This document shows, piece by piece, positions 1 to 9,293 of a stretch of 64,000 nt of DNA; position 1 is the stretch's first letter, and each line of letters begins with the position of its first letter. The notes below the pieces were generated by a model that was not told where the DNA came from, did not search any database, and saw only the letters and a list, made by a program, of their open reading frames with translations. Source of the DNA: Candidatus Gallimonas faecium (GTDB lineage Bacteria > Bacillota > Clostridia > Christensenellales > Borkfalkiaceae); contig CAJFHA010000004.1 in NCBI GenBank assembly GCA_904378075.1, positions 18,113-82,112 of the forward strand. The letters are read 5' to 3'. Made by a program: the position numbers and the translations under genes.

Positions 1-2267
1 TCGATGTCGTGCCCCGCGTCGGAAAGCAGACCTTCAAGCGTGGCGGCACGCTGGGAGAGCGCCGCAAAGGACGCCGCCTGCTCCTGCACCTTGAGACGGA
101 ATTTTTCATACGCCGCCTGCGCTTCCTCTACCTCGGCATCGCAGTCCGCCAGCGCCTTTTTGAGCTTTTCCATCGCCGCTTTCTTGCGCGCGATGCCCTC
201 TTCGCACTCCTTGATGTGCCGTTCGCCCGCCAGAAGATTGCCGCTCTCCCTGCGCCGCGAACCGCCCGTCATCGCGCCCGAGGAGGCGATGGTATCGCCG
301 TCGAGCGTAACGAGCTTGAACGAGCGCGGGTACTTGCGCGCGATGCGCGTGGCGTTGCCAATGGTATCGCAGATGAGCGTATTGTCGAGCAGGTAGCGGA
401 CGATATTGGAATAGTACGGATCGTACTGCACGAGTTCGTCCGCCAGCCCGAGCGCGCCCTCTTCCCGGAGCGCCGCCTGCGCCTCCCTGCTGTTTCCGCG
501 CGGACGCATGGCGTCCACGGGCAGGAAGGTGACGATGCCGCCGTTCGTGCGCTTCAGATATTCGATAAGCCAGCGCGCATCCTCCTGCGTCGCCGTGACG
601 AGGTTCTGCATCGCGCCGCCGATCGCCGTCTCGACGGCGACTTCATACTGCTTTTCCGTGCGCACGATGTCCGCGATCGCACCGCGGATGCGCTTGCCGA
701 TCTCGGGATCGTTCTTTGCCGTCAGCTGGAGTTTGCGCACCGAATCGCGGTAGCCGTCAAACCTGTTTTTCAGATTGACGTACATTTCAAGGTTGTTCTG
801 CAGATTGAGGATGGACGTGTTGCAGTCCACCACGTCTTCGGACAGCTTCTGCCGCGATCGCTCGAGCGCGGAGATCTCGCCCTGCAGTTCCGCCTCGCGT
901 TGCGGCTTTTCGTTGAGAAACGTCTCGCACTTTCCGCGCTCTGTACTGCATTCCGCGATCTGCCGTTCGTATTCCTTTTTCCGGGCGCGCGCCTTCTCGA
1001 GCGCGGCATTCACTTCGCCGATGCGCTCGCCCACGGCGTCCCTGCGCGCGGAAAGGCTGCCCGCGTTTGCGCGCACGTCCGCAAGATTTTCCACCGACGA
1101 AAGCTCGCTGGCACGTTTTTCATCCGAAAGGCGCTCGAAGGCGGCGACGCGCGCCGACATTTCGGCGAGCCGCTTCTCCAACCCCGCGCACTCCTTTTCG
1201 ATCTGCCCGGCGCGCGCGGCGTTCTCCTCCGCCCGCTTTGCGCCCGTCTTTTCCAGACGGTCGATCTCGGCGGTGCGGCGCAGGGAATATTCCACGTCGT
1301 CCGAAGCCGTGCGAAGCTGACGGTGATATGACTGAATGCGTTCGCTCAGCACCTTCGCCTCGCCCGTCTTGTGCTCCATGCCGACCTCAAAGAGGCGCAG
1401 CTTTTCGTTAAGCGAGCGGAGGTCTTCGTCCGCCTTGAAGATGGCTTCGCGCGCCGCGATCTCCTCGGCGTCGAGCGAAGTGAGCCGTTCCTCAACGGTG
1501 GAGAGCTGTGCGGATGCCTTCTCGATCTTTTCGCGCTGTTTGCCCGTCTCATAGGCAAAATTGTCGTATCGCGCAAGATAGGTGTTGACTTCCTCGTGCT
1601 TGAGCTGTTCGGAATAGGCGCGGTATTTTTTTGCCGTCTCCGCCTGCTTTTCCAGAGGGCGGAGCTGATTTTCCGCCTCGTCCATGCGCTGGACGAACAC
1701 CGTGAGGTTGTCCTTTGCGTTTTCGAGCTTGCGCTCGATCTCGCCCTTTTGCGCCTTGAACTTCATGACGCCCGTCGCTTCTTCGAAGATGGCGCGGCGG
1801 TCTTCGGGCTTGGCGTTCATGATCTGCTCGACCTTGCCCTGCCCGATGATGGAGTAGCCCTCCTTGCCGATGCCAACGCCGTGCAGCAGCGCGACGATGT
1901 CCTTGAGCCTGCAGGGCTGCTGATTGAGCAGGTATTCGCTCTCGCCCGAGCGGTACAGGCGGCGCGTCATCGCCACCTCCTCGTACTCGATGTCAAACAT
2001 GTGGTTGGAGTTGTCGAATACGAGCGTCACCTCGCAGAAGGAGAGCTGGCGGCGCGTCTGCGTGCCGCCGAAGATGACGTCCTGCATGGAGGAACCGCGC
2101 AGCGTCTTGGCGGACTGTTCGCCCAGCACCCAGCGCACGGCGTCCGCCACGTTGCTCTTGCCGCAGCCGTTGGGCCCGACGATACAGGTCACGCCGTCGT
2201 CGAATTTGATGGTGGTCTTGTCGGCAAAGGACTTGAACCCGACCAGTTGTATCTCTTTGAAATTCAT
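1..2267 (-). CDS. smc: Chromosome segregation protein SMC, N-terminal ~755 codons (3' end runs off window start)
   Basis: Absent from the ORF track because no stop lies in the window. My translation from the ATG at 2267 reads MNFKEIQLVGFKSFADKTTIKFDDGVTCIVGPNGCGKSNVADAVRWVLGEQSAK (Walker A GPNGCGKSN), followed by coiled-coil-like sequence. The frame is still open at nt 1. ATGA overlap with the rnc stop; canonical rnc-smc order. Confidence 0.9.
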   Translation of the reverse strand, partial: MNFKEIQLVGFKSFADKTTIKFDDGVTCIVGPNGCGKSNVADAVRWVLGEQSAKTLRGSSMQDVIFGGTQTRRQLSFCEVTLVFDNSNHMFDIEYEEVAMTRRLYRSGESEYLLNQQPCRLKDIVALLHGVGIGKEGYSIIGQGKVEQIMNAKPEDRRAIFEEATGVMKFKAQKGEIERKLENAKDNLTVFVQRMDEAENQLRPLEKQAETAKKYRAYSEQLKHEEVNTYLARYDNFAYETGKQREKIEKASAQLSTVEERLTSLDAEEIAAREAIFKADEDLRSLNEKLRLFEVGMEHKTGEAKVLSERIQSYHRQLRTASDDVEYSLRRTAEIDRLEKTGAKRAEENAARAGQIEKECAGLEKRLAEMSARVAAFERLSDEKRASELSSVENLADVRANAGSLSARRDAVGERIGEVNAALEKARARKKEYERQIAECSTERGKCETFLNEKPQREAELQGEISALERSRQKLSEDVVDCNTSILNLQNNLEMYVNLKNRFDGYRDSVRKLQLTAKNDPEIGKRIRGAIADIVRTEKQYEVAVETAIGGAMQNLVTATQEDARWLIEYLKRTNGGIVTFLPVDAMRPRGNSREAQAALREEGALGLADELVQYDPYYSNIVRYLLDNTLICDTIGNATRIARKYPRSFKLVTLDGDTIASSGAMTGGSRRRESGNLLAGERHIKECEEGIARKKAAMEKLKKALADCDAEVEEAQAAYEKFRLKVQEQAASFAALSQRAATLEGLLSDAGHDI

Positions 2268-2881
2268 TGCTCTGTCACTTTCCCGAAAAGAAGTTTCGCT
2301 GCCGCCTGTTCGGCGAGCTTTTTGGTCGCCCCGCGCCCCTGCGCGTTCATGCCGAGCGCATGCGCCTCGCACACGAACAGGGCGCCGTCCGCCGCCGTCT
2401 CGTAGACGGGCGCCGCATATCCGCGCCCCTGCAAATATTCCTGCAGAGCGGATTTATAGTTCTCCGCCTCCGCTTCGACGAGCGTACGGGACAAAAATTC
2501 TTCCGCCGCCCGGTAGCCGCCGTCCAGATAGATCGCGCCCACCGCCGCCTCGTAGAGGTTGGAGGCGGTCTTTCCGCGCAGCGCGTCCGCACCGCCCGCG
2601 TAACGCAGGTATTGCAGCAGCCCCAGCCTGTGTTCCGATGCCTCCAGCGCCTCGCGGGAAACAAAACGCTTCCTGAGTTCGGTGAGCCGCCCTTCGCGCG
2701 CGCCGCTGTCGCGGTACAGCTTCTCCGTCACGTACAGTTCGAGCACCGCATCGCCCAGAAATTCCAGCCGCTCGTTGCTCTCCTCCCCCGCCACGGACGC
2801 GTGCGTGAAGCAGGTGCGCAGCAGGTCCTTTTGCACAAACGTGTAACCGAGCGCCCGCTCCGCGTCCGAACGCTCAGGCAT
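2264..2881 (-). CDS. rnc: Ribonuclease III
   Basis: 205-aa ORF with the RNase III signature ERLEFLGDAVLEL and a C-terminal dsRBD-like tail. Sits between plsX and smc. Confidence 0.93.
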   Translation of the reverse strand: MPERSDAERALGYTFVQKDLLRTCFTHASVAGEESNERLEFLGDAVLELYVTEKLYRDSGAREGRLTELRKRFVSREALEASEHRLGLLQYLRYAGGADALRGKTASNLYEAAVGAIYLDGGYRAAEEFLSRTLVEAEAENYKSALQEYLQGRGYAAPVYETAADGALFVCEAHALGMNAQGRGATKKLAEQAAAKLLFGKVTEQ

Positions 2882-3899
2882 TCTCTTCCCCGTCGGGCGT
2901 TTCGGCGAGCATCTCCTCCATCATGCCGATGAGTCCGCCGCGGCAGGCGTCGAGCGCCTGATAGACGGAGGGTTTGATGCTCTTCGCCTTGGAGGAACCG
3001 TGCGATTTGACGACCACCTTTTTCAGCCCCAGAAATACCGAACCGCCGAAGCGCGAATAGTCGAGCGCCCGCGTCAGCCCCTTGATGGGCTTTTTGGCGA
3101 AGAGATAGCTGAGCTTGCTGCCCAGCGACGCCGTAAATTCCTTTTTGAGCATCTCGGCGACCGTCTTGCCGCAGCCCTCGATGGCCTTCAGGGCGATATT
3201 GCCCGAAAAACCGTCCGACACCGCGACGTCTACGTCGCCGTACATGATGTCGCGCCCCTCGATATTGCCGACAAAGTTGATCCCCTTCGTCTCCTTCAGC
3301 AGGCGGTGCGCCTCCTGATGCAGGGGATCGCCCTTGTGCTCTTCCGTTCCGTTGGTGAGCAGCCCGACCTTGGGCTCCTTCACGCCGAACGCCGCGCGCG
3401 CATACGCCGACGCCATGACGCCGAACTGTGCGAGGTAGGCGGGCTTGCATTCCGCGTTCGCGCCGCAGTCGCAAAGCAACGTCTGCGTGCCGCGCACATT
3501 GGGGATACCGGGGCAGAGCGCGGGGCGCATGACGCCCTTGATGCGGCCGATGAACATGATCCCGCCCGTGAGCACTGCGCCCGTCGAACCCGCCGAGACG
3601 AATCCGCCCGCCGAAATGTCGTTTTTCAGCAGGTTCAGCCCGACCACGAGGGAGCTGTCACGCTTGGAGCGGACGGCGGAAGTGGGAACGTCGTCGTTCG
3701 TGATGACCTGCGAACAGTGGACGATCTCCACGCGCGAAGCGTCATAGGTATATTTATCGAGTTCGTATTTGACGAGCGATTCGTCGCCCGTGAAAATGAC
3801 TTTGAAATCTCCCCTGTCGGCAAGCGCATCGAGCGCGCCCTTGACGATCTCGGAAGGCGCGTTGTCGCCCCCCATTGCGTCCACAACGATTTTCAGCAT
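2874..3899 (-). CDS. plsX: Phosphate acyltransferase PlsX
   Basis: Track ORF 2874..3989. Internal start MLKIVVDAMGGDNAP at 3899, preceded by GGGAGGGAAC. Typical PlsX N-terminus and length. Confidence 0.9.
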   Translation of the reverse strand: MLKIVVDAMGGDNAPSEIVKGALDALADRGDFKVIFTGDESLVKYELDKYTYDASRVEIVHCSQVITNDDVPTSAVRSKRDSSLVVGLNLLKNDISAGGFVSAGSTGAVLTGGIMFIGRIKGVMRPALCPGIPNVRGTQTLLCDCGANAECKPAYLAQFGVMASAYARAAFGVKEPKVGLLTNGTEEHKGDPLHQEAHRLLKETKGINFVGNIEGRDIMYGDVDVAVSDGFSGNIALKAIEGCGKTVAEMLKKEFTASLGSKLSYLFAKKPIKGLTRALDYSRFGGSVFLGLKKVVVKSHGSSKAKSIKPSVYQALDACRGGLIGMMEEMLAETPDGEENA

Positions 3900-4076
3900 A
3901 GTTCCCTCCCGAAAAAATACGCGGCATGCGCATTCCTTTTTGCCATTATACCATTTTCTGAAAAAAAATACAATGGTTTGCGGCGGCATGCCGCAAAAAA
4001 ACTATATTTTGCGTTTTCCGCGGCGGAAAAGTTCCCCCGCCCGCGCCGATCGCGTCTTTCTTTTCGCAAAGAATCC

Positions 4077-4105
4077 TTGACAAAATCCAACCTGTATTGT
4101 ATAAT
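4077..4105 (+). promoter_or_regulatory. Sigma-A-type promoter, TTGACA-17 nt-TATAAT
   Basis: TTGACA at 4077-4082, 17-nt spacer, TATAAT at 4100-4105. About 40 nt upstream of the 4148 start. Confidence 0.6.
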
Positions 4106-4147
4106 TCTTTTAACAATCGGTTCCTCACGGAACACAGGAGAGAAAAT

Positions 4148-4651
4148 ATGAAAGTTCTCGGTTGGCTCTTCTCTGCAAGTCAGCGCCACTATCACGGGAT
4201 CCGACGCTATGAAAAGGGCGGTACGGGCATACGCATCTTTACCCTCTTTCTCATGCTCGCCTTCTCCGCCGCCGCGCTCGCGCTCGAATGGTGGTCGATC
4301 TCCCTCTTGGCGGAAAATTTCCTCGTCGGACTCCTTGCCTTCATATTCCTGGCGGTCGTGTTCTGTCTTGCCGCCGCGGAATTCTCGCTCGTCTATGCGC
4401 TGGTGGCATTCCGCATGTTCTTCTGGGGCGTAGCGGAACGCGCCGCCTACCGCGCCGCCAAAAAGCGCGCAAAAGAACAGGCCGCGCAGGCCGCACAGCC
4501 CGATACGGCGCAGGCTCTCCCCGCAGACGCCCCCGCACAGGAAGCGCCCAAAACGCACCGCGCCTTCGACATGTTCCTCTTCCTGTTCGGCTTGGCCCTC
4601 AGCGTCGGCATCATCATTGCGTTCATCGCCTGTTTCGTGGCGTGGGCGTGA
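4148..4651 (+). CDS. Hypothetical multi-pass membrane protein
   Basis: Track ORF 4097..4651. Start MKVLGW at 4148 behind an AGGAGAG RBS. Several hydrophobic helices and an A/Q/P-rich loop. No family recognised. Confidence 0.65.
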   Translation: MKVLGWLFSASQRHYHGIRRYEKGGTGIRIFTLFLMLAFSAAALALEWWSISLLAENFLVGLLAFIFLAVVFCLAAAEFSLVYALVAFRMFFWGVAERAAYRAAKKRAKEQAAQAAQPDTAQALPADAPAQEAPKTHRAFDMFLFLFGLALSVGIIIAFIACFVAWA

Positions 4652-4690
4652 CGCACTCGGAATAAACATCAAAACAGCGCCGTTTACGGC

Positions 4691-4734
4691 AAAAGTGCAG
4701 TCCGCGCAAATCTTGCGCGGACTGCACTTTTCAT
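4691..4734. terminator. Bidirectional intrinsic terminator
   Basis: AAAA-GTGCAGTCCGCGCAA-loop-TTGCGCGGACTGCAC-TTTT, between convergent genes. Confidence 0.75.
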
Positions 4735-4758
4735 CTGATTTGTTTGCGGGACGGGAAG

Positions 4759-5895
4759 CTATTCCCGCTCGACCGTGACGACGGGTTCATAATCGCCGAG
4801 AAGCCGCACAGCACGGGAAACGGTGTTCTCCACCTCTCTCTCGCTCATGGGACAATTGAACGGGATACCCACTTCGAATACCGCCTTTTTGGTCGAGCCG
4901 CGCACAAGACGGAAATCATGGATATTCATGCCCTCCACCGTTCCCTCGACGGCGGCCCGCAGACGGGTCTCCAGCTCCTTCGCCTCCTCGTCGCCCACGA
5001 CGACAGGGTCGAGGTGCAGCGTCATGACGACGCCCGTTTCGGCAAGGATGCGTTTTTCCAGTCCGTCCAGCACTGCATGCGATTCAAGGGCAGATATCTG
5101 TGCGTCCATTTCGGCGTGCGCAGTGGCGAATGTTACGCCTTTGCCGTAGCCGTATACTCTGAGATCGTGCACACCGAGAACGCCCTCTCCCGTGAGCAGG
5201 ATACTGCGAAGCTGCGCGACAAGCGCTTCGTCGGGCGCCTGCCCCAAAAGTTTGGACCCCGCCTCCAACAGAAGTTTCACGCCCTGCCAGCCAATGAAAA
5301 TTGCGACAAGGATCCCCATCCAGCCATCGGCTGAAATGCCCGCAAACTGCGACAAAAGCGCACCCGCAAGCACGGCGAGCGTCGCAACACAGTCGCATGC
5401 GGAATCTGTCGCCGCAGCGCGCAAGGGATCGCAGTCCGTCTTCTTTGCCACGACGCGGTAGCCTACAAACATGCACGCCTTGACAAAGACGGAAATGCCG
5501 AGCACGAGATACACCCACCACACGCTGGCGCTTTCCGTCCCTGCGACTATTTTGTCCAGCGACTCGCGCGCAAATTCGACGGCAAGCACCAGCACGAGAA
5601 AGGCAATGCACATGGATGCGACGTATTCGGCGCGGCGGTGTCCGTACGGATGCTCGCGGTCGGCGGGCTTTTGCGCGACGCGGAAGGAAATGAGCGCCAC
5701 GACGCTGGAAGCGCAGTCGCTCAGATTGTTCACCCCGTCGGCAAGCACGGACAAAAGCCCCGTCACGGCGCCCGCGGCGATCTTGCCCGCCGCAAGCAGC
5801 AGATTGCAGACCATGCCGAGGGCGCTCGCGCGCGCCTCGGCGGAAAATTTTCCGTTCATACGCCCCATTATACGCGCTTTTTTGCGGGCTGTCAA
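4759..5895 (-). CDS. Cation diffusion facilitator (CDF) family metal efflux transporter
   Basis: 378 aa, six TM helices. Contains SVLADGVNNLSDC and DREHPYGHRRAEY motifs and a C-terminal cytoplasmic CDF domain. Confidence 0.85.
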   Translation of the reverse strand: MTARKKARIMGRMNGKFSAEARASALGMVCNLLLAAGKIAAGAVTGLLSVLADGVNNLSDCASSVVALISFRVAQKPADREHPYGHRRAEYVASMCIAFLVLVLAVEFARESLDKIVAGTESASVWWVYLVLGISVFVKACMFVGYRVVAKKTDCDPLRAAATDSACDCVATLAVLAGALLSQFAGISADGWMGILVAIFIGWQGVKLLLEAGSKLLGQAPDEALVAQLRSILLTGEGVLGVHDLRVYGYGKGVTFATAHAEMDAQISALESHAVLDGLEKRILAETGVVMTLHLDPVVVGDEEAKELETRLRAAVEGTVEGMNIHDFRLVRGSTKKAVFEVGIPFNCPMSEREVENTVSRAVRLLGDYEPVVTVERE

Positions 5896-6008
5896 CGTCC
5901 TCCGAAGGTATAAATTTCACGCAGGGTGGCCATGATTCTCATGCGGTGCGCAAAAATCCGAGCCGTTACATACAATGATAACGGAGAATTCGCACCGAAG
6001 AGGAAGTT

Positions 6009-6377
6009 ATGGTCGTCAAACGCGGAGAACTGTATTATGCCGATCTTTCCCCCGTCGTGGGGAGCGAACAGGGCGGCGTGCGCCCCGTCCTCATCGTGCA
6101 GAACGACACGGGGAACAAGTACTCGCCCACCATTATTGCGGCGGCGGTGACGAGCAAGATCGGCAAAGCCCGCCTGCCCACGCATATCGAACTGCCGCAC
6201 GCGTTCGGGCTGGCAAAGGACAGCGTCATCCTGCTCGAACAGATCCGCACGCTCGACAAGCGGCGGCTGCTCTCGCGGATCGGCGCGCTTCCCCCCGCCA
6301 CCATGTCCCGCGTGGACCGCGCCATTCTCATCAGCCTGGGCTTCGACGTCCACGGCATGCCCGAAGCAAAAGCTTGA
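6009..6377 (+). CDS. mazF: MazF/PemK-family type II toxin endoribonuclease
   Basis: 122 aa: [36 protein letters not shown]...PTHIEL...[17 protein letters not shown], a typical EndoA/MazF fold signature. GAGGAAG RBS. Confidence 0.88.
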   Translation: MVVKRGELYYADLSPVVGSEQGGVRPVLIVQNDTGNKYSPTIIAAAVTSKIGKARLPTHIELPHAFGLAKDSVILLEQIRTLDKRRLLSRIGALPPATMSRVDRAILISLGFDVHGMPEAKA

Positions 6378-6490
6378 CGACGAGCGAAAAAATCGGCGCA
6401 ACGCCGCAAGCAAAGCGCGCCGCCGCCCGAAAATATGCAGCTGCGCGGCGGGGCATATGCCCCGCCGCGCACATCATGCTCCGCACAGAT

Positions 6491-6529
6491 GCCGCCCGCC
6501 GCATGATCTGCGGCGGGCGGCGATTTTGT
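6491..6529 (+). terminator. Intrinsic terminator after mazF
   Basis: GCCGCCCGCCGCA-TGAT-TGCGGCGGGCGGC followed by ATTTTGTTT. A second GC hairpin lies at 6443-6470. Confidence 0.7.
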
Positions 6530-7912
6530 TTATTTGCGCTCTTTGAGCGGAACGTAGCTTCTGCGCTCGGACACGCTGGCATAGGCGGGACGGATGATCT
6601 TGCCCGCGTTGACGAGTTCCTCCATGCGGTGCGCGCTCCAGCCCGCCATGCGCGCGATCGCAAAGATGGGCGTATACAGTTCGACGGGGATGTTCAGAAG
6701 CCGATAGGCAAACCCGCTGTAAAAGTCCACATTCGCCGAGACGCCCTTGTAGATCTTGCGCTTTTTGCCGATGATCTCGGGCGCGAGCTTTTCCACGCGC
6801 GTGTACAGTTCGTACTCCTCGTGCAGTCCCTTTTCGTACGAAAGTTTTTCCACGAATTCCTTGAAGATCTTCGCGCGCGGATCGGAAATGCTGTAGACGG
6901 CATGCCCGATGCCGTAAATGAGCCCCGCGCCGTCAAACGCCTTGCCGTCCACGAGCGCGTTCAGATACTCTGCAAGCTGCCCGTCGTCCCGCGTATCGAT
7001 ATGCTTTTTCATGTCGTCGAACATCTGCATGACGCGGATATTCGCGCCGCCGTGGCGCGGTCCCTTCAGAGAAGCGAGCGCCGCCGCGATCGCCGAATAT
7101 GTATCCGTTCCCGAAGACGTGACGACGTGCGTCGTAAACGAAGAGTTGTTGCCGCCGCCGTGCTCCGCATGCAGCACGAGCGCCATGTCCAGAACGCGCG
7201 CCTCCAGCTCGGTATAGCGGCAGTCCTGCCGCAGCATGTAGAGGATATTTTCCGCCATGGAGAGGGACGGTTGCGGGCGGTGGATGACGAGCGAATCGTT
7301 GTTGTTATAGAAATTCGCCGCCGCATAGCTGTATACCGCGAAAATGGGCACTTCGGCAATGAGCTGCAGACACTGCCGCATGACGTTCTCCGGCGAAGTG
7401 TTGTTGGGATCCGGATCGTACGGGAACAGCGACAGAACGCACCGCATGAGCGTGTTCATCATGTCCGACGAGGGCGACTTCATGATGATGTCGCGCACGA
7501 AGTTCTTGGGCAGCGTATAGAACTCGCCCAACAGCGAGCAGAAGGATTTCAGTTCGCGCTCGGTGGGAAGTTTGCCCGTCAGAAGCAGATAGGTCGTCTC
7601 CTCAAAGCCCGCGCGCCCGTCCTGCAGAAAGCCCTTGACCAGCTCGTTCACGTTGATGCCGCGGTAATAGAGTTCTCCCTCTACAGGGACGCGCTTTCCG
7701 TCCACCGTATCCATCGAGCGGATCTCGGAGATCTCCGTAAGCCCCGCCAGCACGCCCCGCCCGTCCAGATCGCGGAGCCCCTTTTTGACGTCATACTGCT
7801 CGTAAAATTTCGGATCGATGCGGCACGCATCCGCGCATTGGCGGGTGAGATCGCCGATCTTCATCCATTCGTCCTTGGTAAGGAAGCCGTCTTCCCGTTC
7901 ATTGACAGCCAT
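6530..7912 (-). CDS. gltA: Citrate synthase
   Basis: Track ORF 6530..7945. Start MAVNERE at 7912 behind AAAGGAGG. Contains GLIYGIGHAVY and HAEHGGGNNS citrate synthase motifs. Confidence 0.88.
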   Translation of the reverse strand: MAVNEREDGFLTKDEWMKIGDLTRQCADACRIDPKFYEQYDVKKGLRDLDGRGVLAGLTEISEIRSMDTVDGKRVPVEGELYYRGINVNELVKGFLQDGRAGFEETTYLLLTGKLPTERELKSFCSLLGEFYTLPKNFVRDIIMKSPSSDMMNTLMRCVLSLFPYDPDPNNTSPENVMRQCLQLIAEVPIFAVYSYAAANFYNNNDSLVIHRPQPSLSMAENILYMLRQDCRYTELEARVLDMALVLHAEHGGGNNSSFTTHVVTSSGTDTYSAIAAALASLKGPRHGGANIRVMQMFDDMKKHIDTRDDGQLAEYLNALVDGKAFDGAGLIYGIGHAVYSISDPRAKIFKEFVEKLSYEKGLHEEYELYTRVEKLAPEIIGKKRKIYKGVSANVDFYSGFAYRLLNIPVELYTPIFAIARMAGWSAHRMEELVNAGKIIRPAYASVSERRSYVPLKERK

Positions 7913-8163
7913 ATCTTTGCCTCCTTTGCCGCGCGAAGCGGTCACGCGGCTGTTTTCACCTTATCATATTTTTCGGATTTTGTCAAATCGTCCGCGCGGA
8001 GAAGCCGCCGCTCCGCCGCTTTTTCACGTGACTTTCGCACATTTTTCTCTATGACGACCGTTTTTTGCGCCATGGAAACCGTCATTTAGCCCGACGCAAC
8101 AGATGGCGCTTGCATCCCCTCAGGGAGTGAAGGAAGAATTCCCCCATACCGTCGTCTGTAAAA

Positions 8164-8197
8164 TTGCGCCGCGGGACAACTGTCCCGCGGCGCAACG
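8164..8197 (-). terminator. Intrinsic terminator of gene 8207..8629
   Basis: Minus strand reads TTGCGCCGCGGGACA-GTTG-TCCCGCGGCGCAA followed by TTTTACA. Confidence 0.65.
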
Positions 8198-8206
8198 GTT
8201 TTGGTT

Positions 8207-8629
8207 CTATGCATCATCTTCCAATCTGATCAGCCTGATTCCTTCCTTCCGCAATTTTGTTTTATAAACCTGTTCCGCTCTCTCCCTTGCAAGCATCTGA
8301 CGCGCATCGCAATCCGCCGCAGGATAGTCGCGCTCTGCAAGCATTTCCGCAAGTTTTTCCAAGCATACGTCCTGTTCAAATTGTGCAAGATATTCCTGCA
8401 CGCTGTCGTAAATTCTGTCCCGTACGTCGGCAATCTCATTCTCTTCAATCGCATCCGCATCTGAAAACTTTCCGATTTGCAGACATTGCATACGGTATAA
8501 CTTCTGCGCGACCGCTCTGTGTTCCCATCTGATTTCCTGCGGCATCCGGCATGCATTGACTGCATACTCCCCCAAAAAGACCAGCTGCAAAAGTTTTTCC
8601 CAATCCGACCGCTCCAATTCGATATTCAT
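8207..8629 (-). CDS. Hypothetical protein (140 aa, acidic, helical) in an AT-richer islet
   Basis: Clean ORF with non-shadow amino-acid composition. Divergent from the XRE gene. No family recognised. Confidence 0.6.
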   Translation of the reverse strand: MNIELERSDWEKLLQLVFLGEYAVNACRMPQEIRWEHRAVAQKLYRMQCLQIGKFSDADAIEENEIADVRDRIYDSVQEYLAQFEQDVCLEKLAEMLAERDYPAADCDARQMLARERAEQVYKTKLRKEGIRLIRLEDDA

Positions 8630-8775
8630 ATGCTACCTCCGTTCCCTGTCATTTCCTCCAAATTTGTGCAGTTTTGGAATACTGTTACATTTTGGGCGTG
8701 AACGTATTATATCATAATAACGTGTTACAGTCTACCAAAACTGTACTCTTTTTTCGATCGATCCGTAAAAAAATC

Positions 8776-9237
8776 ATGGCTATCTCCTCTGCTTTTCAAA
8801 ATCGAATCAAAGATCTGACAGATGAAGTCACTGCCACGCAGAACATCAGGAAGTCTTCACTTCCGAAGCGCATGGGGATTGACTATTCTTCGCTGTCCAA
8901 CGCGTTGGAATACGGAATTCTACCGACGCCGCGTATCGCCATGCGCATGGCGGACTATTTCCATTGTTCGATCCCCTATTTGTTCGGAACGAGCGACGAC
9001 GAATATTTTGAACATTCCAAAGAACCGCATTCCTTTTCCGAACGTATTTTACTTTTATGCGAAGAAAGAAACGTCAAGTACAAGGACGTCTGTGAGCATT
9101 GCGGCTTTTACAGAGGATATCTTGCACGTTGGATCAAGAATAATTATATCCCCTCTTGGGATTATCTGGATGATCTCGCGAAATTTTTCGACGTCTCCGT
9201 TGATTATCTGCTGGGCAGGACGGACGACAAAAAATAA
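8776..9237 (+). CDS. XRE-family transcriptional regulator with two tandem HTH modules
   Basis: Track ORF 8674..9237; start MAISSAF at 8776. Two repeats each end in the XRE-type tail (IPYLFGTSDD and VDYLLGRTDD). Confidence 0.75.
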   Translation: MAISSAFQNRIKDLTDEVTATQNIRKSSLPKRMGIDYSSLSNALEYGILPTPRIAMRMADYFHCSIPYLFGTSDDEYFEHSKEPHSFSERILLLCEERNVKYKDVCEHCGFYRGYLARWIKNNYIPSWDYLDDLAKFFDVSVDYLLGRTDDKK

Positions 9238-9251
9238 CTACGGTACAAAAA

Positions 9252-9284
9252 AATTCCCGAACCGAGGTTCGGGAATTTTTGTTT
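9252..9284. terminator. Bidirectional intrinsic terminator
   Basis: AAAAAAATTCCCGAAC-CGAG-GTTCGGGAATTTTTGTTT, between convergent XRE and pnp genes. Confidence 0.8.
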
Positions 9285-9293
9285 CCGATATGA

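Noticed and set aside
9-2676. Long plus-strand ORFs (9..1331, 1371..2405, 1924..2676 and others) at the window start.
   Set aside because: They lie antisense to smc and rnc. Their translations are Arg/Ala/Leu/Gly-rich low-complexity sequence with no motifs, whereas the minus frame gives a textbook SMC N-terminus. These are typical high-GC shadow ORFs.
5926-6150. 74-aa ORF as a possible MazE-like antitoxin.
   Set aside because: It overlaps mazF out of frame for most of its length. It has no RHH, AbrB or SpoVT-like sequence, and it does not terminate before the toxin start.
5975-8089. 704-aa plus-strand ORF.
   Set aside because: It overlaps mazF in another frame and is antisense to citrate synthase. 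It is extremely Arg-rich and has no recognisable domain.
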